Of a stretch of DNA of 64,000 bases, positions 55,926 through 64,000 are shown in pieces. Numbering within the stretch: the stretch's first letter is position 1; every line of letters starts with the position of its first letter. This stretch comes from Octopus vulgaris (Eukaryota): assembly GCA_951406725.2 (NCBI GenBank), contig OX597832.1:18104001-18168000 (forward strand), written 5' to 3'. The position numbers and the translations under genes were made by a program. Below the pieces are notes generated by a model. It was not told where the DNA came from, ran no database searches, and saw only the letters and a list, made by a program, of their open reading frames with translations.

Positions 55926-56449
55926 GACAAGAACCAACCTTTTATCAATTCAACAATGAAATAACAATGATATAATTATATTATGCCATATAGAAAAATA
56001 TTAGATATACAAGAGCAACGTATACCAATAATTAAGTAAAGTATAAAATAATAAATAAAATAAGGATGTAATTGGTAAATATGAAAGTAGTCACAGCAAT
56101 GCAGTAGATAGCATGTTTTTCTGTTAATTTTGCAGCTTTTAAATCTCAATGATCTGCAAATTGGGAAACAATTACCCGATAAAATCTCTAGTCGACACGA
56201 GTCTTGCGAACGAAGCTAGTTAGATGTTAAGGTTAAGGTTAGCATAATATGAACTTTATATATGCTTAGCAATTTCAGTTAAATGCCAAGAACTGGATAT
56301 TAAGCAACATAAAACGATTTACTCTGCTGCTAAAAGCAACTGGCTAATACGCCCGGTTCCTATTTCCTTTTCTGAAACCATTCTCATAGTAAACCTGAAA
56401 CTAATTTATGAGTGATGCCCTCCTAATTCTTATTCAAGCCATGAAAATA

Positions 56450-57111
56450 TACGAGGGGCGTTCAATAAGTAATGCCTCTGACCCACTTGCAGTTGTTTGA
56501 TCTAGCTGAAAATTTACATGTGTAATTATTTATATCTCTATAGATTAAGTGGCAAATTACAGCTCTGAACTAATTGTAGTTTCTGATATACAGGTGTTTG
56601 AACTGAGTCACGTGTGAAATGGAGCCTGTTGAGTGTTGAGCAGTGATCCGGTTTTTGTATTTGAAAGGACGCACACCACGGGAGACTTTTGATGAAATGA
56701 AAGTAACTTATGGTGATGATGCCCCATCATATGACCTTGTAAAACGCTGGCATCGTGAATTCAAACATGGTCAGAACTCTGTGGAAACAGCTCCCAGATC
56801 TAGTCGCCCCCCTTCTGCCATTGATGAGGCATCTGTCCGTCAAGTTGAGGCTGCCATTTTGGAAGATCGACGCATAACTATTCGCCAAATAGCCCATGAG
56901 GTCAAGTTTAGTACCGGGTCTGTGGAACCTATCATTCATGACCATTTGCATATGCAAAAGGTGTCTGCCAGATGGATTCCCAGGTTGCTCACACCTTTCC
57001 AGAAGCAAGAACGCGTTGAGTGCTCGAGGATGAATTTGGAGATGTGCCAAGAAGATGAGTCAAAATTTTTCAAAAGACTGATTACACAGGATGAAACCTG
57101 GGTCCATCACT
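56450..57111 (+). mobile_element. 3'-truncated mariner transposon (left TIR + transposase N-terminal half)
   Basis: TA-CGAGGGGCGTTCAATAAGTAATG left end followed by transposase-coding sequence. Confidence 0.92.
56619..57111 (+). pseudogene. Mariner (Mos1/SETMAR-like) transposase pseudogene
   Basis: MEPVEC*AVIRFLYLKG...VKRWHREFK...SARWIPRLLT...ITQDETWVHH; premature TGA at 56637 and truncation after the first catalytic Asp. Confidence 0.92.
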
Positions 57112-58179
57112 GGTATTGTCAGAGTCACAGTAGAAACATCGCACGTCTTTACTAGAATCTTTGTGTAGGGAGTTTTGCTATGCCTGGCGGCACCGTCGCT
57201 TCCTTGGCACGCCCTCCAATGTATCAACCCTGTAATTAGACTGGTAATTATTTTATTGATATCAGTAGGAGTGTTGTGAACTGAACTTGGATTGGGTTTC
57301 AAATCCAAAGGGAAATGTCAAGTGACCATATTTCACAGTATAAAGGATCACGTTGTACTGATTTTCCCAGTACAATGGGCTACCAACGAAAAACCAAAGG
57401 AAGAAAGAAAATACAAGCAACAAAAGCTGTCATTTTTATGTAACGATATCCGTAACGACATGGTATTATATTTCGCAACTAAACTACATAACGTCCGGTT
57501 CACTGCGATTATGCAGTGTCTGGGACGATGTATTAGGCGATAAGTCAGGGATAACCAAATCCTTGAGACATAATTGTTAAACTGAGAATATAAAAAAAAG
57601 AGACGGAATGCTATGCCTTTTTATTCACAGGTACGCATACCACGTAATCAGGTTAACACCACAAAATGGCGTCATTTGTGTGCATTTAGAGAAGTCTAGC
57701 CTCTTGTAAGCATTAACAATATATTTCCAATATAAGAATATCTTGCATGATTTTTATGAATCAATTTTCTTCTCGTTATTGATTACATTGATTTTTATTT
57801 TAGTTCAGTATCTGTTTTGATCGAGATTATCAATGACCCCAGAATGGCCATGTATTGATACAATATGTTACGACAAATCGTTGCTCACGATCGAGTGTTG
57901 CTTTGTAACATGTATCACACTACAACTGACGTCTTTCATTAGACCGATGTAATGAAAGACTGTGACTAACTGAATCCTAGCCTACTCAACCTTCACCGAC
58001 AACTTAGCTGATACATATTTTTTAGTTGATTTACATATTTTTAAATAAAGCAGGAATCGAAATTTGACCGAACATATTACCTTCAAACCGTCTTCTTAAT
58101 TCGTATATAACATTATCTTCCCTCAAGCAAATCATACACAAACACTTCATATATATCAATACAAACGCACATACAGGCA

Positions 58180-58397
58180 TACGAGGGCGTGCTGAAAAGT
58201 TCCTGGCTTTGAGTAAAAGAAAATACGTGACGATCTACTAAGATTCCATTCAACATATACCCCTCTCAAATTTATACACGTTTTACAGTATTCCTTTAGA
58301 TGTTGCAAGCCCAGTAATTCAAATCAGAATGTTGGACTTACAGCAAGGCTCTTCGCAAAACCCTTAAAGCAAGGAACTTTCTAGTACACCCTTTTAC
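58180..58397. mobile_element. Mariner-derived MITE (~215 bp), same family as 19688-20757
   Basis: TACGAGGGCGTGCTGAAAAGTTCCTGGCTTT ... AAAGCAAGGAACTTTCTAGTACACCCTTTTA; interior matches 19720-19790. Confidence 0.75.
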
Positions 58398-58482
58398 ATA
58401 AGCAAGCATAAATTTATCGAAGACGTGCTTGGGAGTTGACCACAGCAATAAAGTTATAACTGTTTTTAGTATATATATATTT

Positions 58483-58610
58483 TCTGCTAGTTTCAGCCCA
58501 GAGCTGCGGCCATGATGATGCACCGCCGTTTTGTGCTACACTGTTATTAGGACGAACCTCGTCTAATATGTGGCACTTGGTGAAGAATGGAGTTTGATAT
58601 AGCTACTCTC
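58483..58610 (-). mobile_element. CR1/L2-group LINE 3' end fragment
   Basis: Reverse complement TGTAGCACAAAACGGCGGTGCATCATCATGGCCGCAGCTCTGGGCTGAAACTAG resembles 11704-11761. Confidence 0.65.
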
Positions 58611-58746
58611 ATTATATATATATATATATGTTTAACTTTGATAGGTTTAGGACAATATAGGCTCAGGACATGTGTAACTTAATACGCTGTTGAAGTCTTT
58701 TAGTCATCTATGGGACGCCATGTCCCACACTAGCAAAGAGTTATTA

Positions 58747-59080
58747 TTTCGGGTCTTGTGCCTAGAGTAGAAAAGATTTTTTAAAGATGGCGGTGAGCTG
58801 CCAGAAACGTTAGCACGCCAAGCGAAATGCTTAGCGGTGTTTCTTCTGTCTTTTCGTTCTGAGTTCAAATTCTGCCCAGGGCCACTTTGCCTTTCAGCGT
58901 CGATAAATTAAGTACCATTTGCGCACTCGGGTCGTTCTTATCGACTGGCCACCTCCCCCAAAATTTCGAGCCTTTTGCCTGGAGTAGAAAAGAATATTTG
59001 TTTTAGAAATGAATAAGCACATGCAAAGACAGGCACCACTACCAGATTTCAATAATTATTTATTACATGTGCATATGTCC
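58747..59080 (+). repeat. 334-bp local duplicate of 54801-55134 (contains SINE-2), flanked by a 30-bp direct repeat
   Basis: Shares non-SINE 3' flank and diagnostic deletion with the source; direct repeats 58720-58749 and 59075-59104. Confidence 0.85.
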
Positions 59081-59659
59081 CACTCTAGCAAAGAGTTATT
59101 ATTTACATATACATAAATATTTGACGATGGACTCTGTTGTCGAAGGCGGCGTATGAGCGTTCGGTATTTGCCGAACTACCTGCATATACGAATTGCTTAA
59201 AGTGTCCAGATATATGTAGACGACATTACCTGACTCTCTCCATCACCTCGATGTTCTCTGAACAGGTGTGGGGAGCACCACCCTTCAGCTGTCGTAGTGA
59301 TCGCTGAGCAAATTGAAACGAAGTGTCTTGCTCAAGAACATAAATCACCACCCGGTATAGAAATTGAAATCGTGCTATCTAAATCGTGGGGGCAACACCC
59401 CGAACACAAGGTCATGTACCCCCCACACCCCGAATATATATTTGTTTATCATATTTTTAAAACCAATCCGTCTGGATTTTCACTGTGTACTTAGCTTGCT
59501 TGAATATTCCCACCGTGGCGAATGGATGTCTGCCGCGTTCGGTTTTATACATTTTTTTTTCGTTTTCTGACAATTTTCATATTCACGTACAGACATATAT
59601 GCACACACAGACACGCAAACATTTACACAGGCATGTGTGTGTTTGTCTCTGATTATGAA

Positions 59660-59668
59660 TGTATGTAC

Positions 59669-59713
<45 letters not shown>

Positions 59714-59752
59714 TTGGTAGGTATATAGACAGGTAGATTTATGGATAGATAA

Positions 59753-59806
<54 letters not shown>

Positions 59807-59828
59807 GGATAGATAGATACATACATAG

Positions 59829-59864
<36 letters not shown>

Positions 59865-60561
59865 ACATATATATTCAAACGTATATATGCAAATTGATAT
59901 ATACATGTTTGTATTGATGCATAGACACTTACGCAAATATATACACGGATACACACACGCATTCACACATACATATAAATATATATATATATATATGTAT
60001 GTATATATATATATGTGTGTGTGTGTGTATACACATATATAGTATGTATATATACAGATATGTATATATATATATATATATCTACATACACCCGAATGCA
60101 TGGTTATAGGTTTTACAGCAAGTCCGTATACATACATGTCTGAGTGTATATGAGCGTGTACGCGTGTTTCTGTGTGTGTTTGTGTGTGTTTGTGTGCGTG
60201 TGTGTGCGTGTGCGTGTGTGTGTGTGTGTGTGTCTGCGTGCGTGTGCTCCGAAGCAATACTAATACTGCGAGTTTTTATAATGACCATCAACCGGTTTCT
60301 TCGTCTGAGTTCGTTTGATCTGCTCGTAGCTATACAACACAACACTGCCCCAACTTTAACGTTTCCCACGCATTGTGTGAAGAAAATGTCTCCTATCAGG
60401 CGTGTATATTTTTAGACACCCAGCAAACGTATTAGCAAAACTGTCTTGCCTCGAACAGAATGTGTATGTGTCTGCATACACACAGAAACAGTGATACGCA
60501 CAAACGCAGACACGCTCACACACACACGCACATGGACACACGCACAAATGCACACACACAC

Positions 60562-60616
<55 letters not shown>

Positions 60617-60918
60617 CATATATATACATATATACATACACACATATATATATATACATATAATAATGTATATATATGTATGTATATGTATATATATATA
60701 TATATATATGTGTATGTATATGTATGAATATATATACATCCGTGATTAAGCGTGTGTGTATGCATATGTATGTCACTCAGACGGACACACGCACAGACAC
60801 ACACACACGGGTATGTATATACATATTTTATTATTATATGTATATATATATATGTATGTATGTATACATATATATATATACATATATATATATATGTATG
60901 TATATATATACATGTGTG

Positions 60919-60958
<40 letters not shown>

Positions 60959-61350
60959 CATACGTAAATATGTGTACATATGTGGATGTATGTACATGTG
61001 TATATATATGTATATGATTCCATGTATATATATACATATATATGCGCAAGTAAGCTTTTCTGTATGCGTATGTATGCATTTCTTTGTGTAAGTCTCCTCG
61101 CTTCCATGTGGAAGTTCATTCTCGGTTTTTCATTCGTATTTATACTGGGAAATACAAAATCTCAATTTCAGATATACAACCCTTGATATACTAAAACAAT
61201 CACACATTTATTAGTCTATATCTAGAGAGATATGTATATACACATATACACAAATATATGAATATATGGGTTTATATATATATATATATTCACATATATA
61301 TATAAACATACATGCATACATGTACATGTATATATATATGAATATATGAG

Positions 61351-61385
<35 letters not shown>

Positions 61386-61550
61386 TTATATATAAATACG
61401 TATATATACATATATATGAATTTATGTGCATATGTATATGTACCTATATGTATATACTTATGTACATATATGCATACATACCTATATATCTATACATATG
61501 TATGCATGGCTGTATATATAAATATGTATATATGTATATATATGCATACA
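59660..61550. repeat. Extended region dominated by degenerate (TA)n/(TG)n/(GATA)n
   Basis: Directly visible, with short unique interruptions. Confidence 0.85.
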
Positions 61551-61551
61551 T

Positions 61552-61755
61552 GTAATGTCACCTCGTGTGTACCGTTGGCGATTTTTTTCCTCTGTCTCCC
61601 CTTCTCTGGATCTTTCCTTCTCCTATGATTCCGACGAAAGCTCTGCTCGAAACGTTAAACCCTACTTCTTTCCTTCTTTCCTGAGCGTCCAATAATACTA
61701 TATTTGTTCCACGTCCTCGCGTTGTTGTGTTTTTTTTGTGTTTTCTTGTTTGGAT

Positions 61756-61760
<5 letters not shown>
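61552..61760 (+). mobile_element. Family A2 element with hammerhead motif at 61627-61660
   Basis: GATT-CCGACGA-A-AGC tct GCTC-GAAA-CG-TT-AAAC; tail GGATTAAC joins (TA)n. Confidence 0.72.
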
Positions 61761-61805
<45 letters not shown>

Positions 61806-61894
61806 TGTATATTTCATATTATATAGATTTACATATATGTATATTTATATTATATTTAAATTTATTCCGAAAATAAATTTATTCCAAAAAAACA

Positions 61895-61933
<39 letters not shown>

Positions 61934-61934
61934 C

Positions 61935-62103
61935 CGTATTACCATGATAGATCGCTAGCTACTAAACCTTTTTCTATTTTGTTCCCCGCTTTAATTTGTG
62001 TTCCTTTCTATCGAAGAGCGTAGGCTCGAAACATAAAAGTATTTCTCACCTCCCGAGTGTTAGACTAATACATCTGCTTGTTGTTTACACATTCGTCTTC
62101 GTC
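61935..62103 (+). mobile_element. Family A1 element with degenerate hammerhead at 62004-62039
   Basis: CTTT-CTATCGA-A-GAGC gtag GCTC-GAAA-CA-TA-AAAG. Confidence 0.65.
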
Positions 62104-62105
62104 AT

Positions 62106-62517
62106 ACTCTTTACTCTTTTACTTGTTTCAGTCATTTGACTGCAGCCATGCTGGAGCACTGCCTACAGTCGAGCAAATCGATCCCGGGACTTATTCTTTG
62201 TAAGCCCAGTACTTATTCTATCAGTCTCTTTTGCCGAACCGCTAAGCGACTGGGACGTAAACACACCAGCATCGGTTGTCAAGCAATTCTAGGGGGACAA
62301 ACACAGACACACAAACACACACACACCCACACACATATATATATACATATATACGACAGACTTCTTTCAGTTTCCGTCTACGAAATCCACTCACAAGGCA
62401 TTGGTCGGCCTGGGGCTACAGCAGAAGACACTTGACCAAGATGCCACGCAGTGGGACTGAACCCGGAACCATGTGGTTTGTTAGCAAGCTACTTACCACA
62501 CAGCCACTCCTGCGCCT
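62106..62517 (-). mobile_element. SINE-1, full length
   Basis: Reverse complement of 36428-36860. Confidence 0.9.
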
Positions 62518-62521
62518 ATAT

Positions 62522-62786
62522 ATATAATATGTGACAATACCTATGATAAATCTCCGAGTTTCGGATGTCGGGGCGGAAACCCATCTCTTCAGTTATCGGC
62601 CATCGAAATAAATGCTATTTTTCTATAATCCGATAATTGAAGAGATGGCGGCGTGGGTTTTCGATCCGATATACGAAACTCGGAATTTATCATAGCTACC
62701 GAAAAATTGTCGCGTATTATATTTACAGATAAATTCCTCTATTTACATAATATCGAGGTCTATTTCGTTGTCTTGCCATTTCTTTC
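62522..62786 (+). mobile_element. Family B fold-back element (palindrome 62522-62722)
   Basis: Tail TTCCTCTATTTACATAATATCGAGGTC is the reverse complement of the tail in the 5298 and 37221 copies. Confidence 0.78.
62545..62597 (-). ncRNA. Type-I hammerhead motif (family B) with canonical CUGAAGA box
   Basis: GATAA-CTGAAGA-GATG ggtttccgccccga CATC-C-GAAA-CTC G GAG-AT-TTATC (U16.1 mutated to A). Confidence 0.62.
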
Positions 62787-62796
62787 AATATAAATC

Positions 62797-62864
<68 letters not shown>

Positions 62865-63576
62865 TGTGTGTGTGTGTGTGTGTATAGCGAGAGAGAGAAA
62901 GAGAGAGCGAGAGCTAGATAGATTGATAGATAGATAGATAGATAGATTGATTGATATAGATATCTTATTCCACGCACATACAAATGAAATATGCATTGAA
63001 GTTTCTTTACCTAACGTAGAATCTGCAAGAAATATCTTTATGCGAGATATAGCTCTCTCGTCTTCAAAATTCATGTCGATTTCGGCATATCGCAAATCTT
63101 TCAATCATTCAAGATCTATATCAAAGTCTGTTTCGCTTCTCAGTCTTATTGTTTACCCAGAATGCGGCAGCGAGGATTTAATTAATTTTCTCGGACGCAA
63201 CGTTAGCACCTGCGCTCACTTGTTAATCACTGTCACCTACGGCGGGTTTCACCTGTCATAACTATCTGTTTGTAGGCTTTACTCGGTTCTCTAGGATGTA
63301 GACCAATCTCGGGTATGAAATTGCGGGAAGCTGAATAACATCACTTCATCGGTGCTGTATTGACCAATTACTGATATTTAGATCTGTTTAGCTGGTTAGA
63401 AAATTCGATTTTGTTCAACCAGTGTACTGTACGTAAAATGACCATGATTATTTGTTTACATACATACATACATACATACAAGATTCAAAGCTCCAAGTGC
63501 CCCGTTCTTGTTTTTTGCATCGTCTGTCCGAATGTTTTTTGGCACCTGTTATTTTCTTGTTCCTTTTTTGTCTGGG

Positions 63577-64000
63577 ATACAGTAAAAATTATTAATACAA
63601 GTAATAAGAGAGAGACCACATGTGGTCACTCTAACGCTAGAAATAGATTCGCAAAGGGAATCCACCACTAAAGAATTGTTCTCAAGCATTAATTCAACCA
63701 ATTTCTTTACTACCCACAAGGGGCTAAACACAGAGAGGACAAACAAGGACAGACAAACTGATTAAGTCGATTATATCGACCCCAATTAATAACTGGTACT
63801 TAATTTATCGACCCCGAAAGGATGAAAGGCAAAGTCGAACACGGCGGGCTTTGAACTCAGAACGTAACGGCAGACGAAATACGGCTACGCATTTTGCCCG
63901 GCGTGCTAACGATTCTGCTAGCTCACCACCCTTTAATCCAAGCATTAATTCAACCATGTGGTCTCTCTCTTATTACTTGTATTAATAATTTTTACTGTAT
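63577..64000. repeat. Perfect 46-bp inverted repeat (63577-63622 / 63955-64000) interrupted by a SINE; may extend past the window end
   Basis: ATACAGTAAAAATTATTAATACAAGTAATAAGAGAGAGACCACATG and its exact reverse complement. Confidence 0.85.
63701..63938 (-). mobile_element. SINE-2, full length with 18-bp TSD
   Basis: TSD CAAGCATTAATTCAACCA at 63683-63700 and 63939-63956. Confidence 0.9.

Noticed and set aside
56160-56225. Helitron-like 3' end (...GAAGCTAGT)
   Set aside because: Hairpin is weak and no matching 5' end or second copy was seen
57931-57960. 11-bp perfect hairpin GTCTTTCATTA/TAATGAAAGAC (terminator-like)
   Set aside because: Eukaryotic context, no associated gene, plausible by chance or as a TE remnant

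Overview
AT-rich, microsatellite-saturated eukaryotic DNA. The repeat landscape (long (TA)n, (GATA)n, (TACA)n and trinucleotide tracts; dense tRNA-headed SINEs) suggests a cephalopod, probably Octopus; this is an inference. I find no intact host protein-coding gene, rRNA, true tRNA or CRISPR array, and almost all listed ORFs are translations of simple repeats. The window reads as intergenic or intronic. It holds over 30 SINE copies or fragments from several modular families, a CR1/L2-group LINE 3' fragment whose tail is shared with the main SINE family, two decayed mariner transposons plus MITEs, an (AAT)n-associated non-LTR derivative, and very old LINE remnants. The most interesting signal is two families of short elements associated with (TA)n tracts that carry minimal type-I hammerhead ribozyme motifs. 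Family A has 8 motif-bearing copies with covarying stem I. Family B has 3 fold-back palindromic copies carrying ribozyme motifs on opposite strands. Both look like non-autonomous Penelope-like or retrozyme-like elements with recurrent non-canonical catalytic cores. Ribozyme activity is not demonstrated. All coordinates were read by eye and are approximate at element edges.
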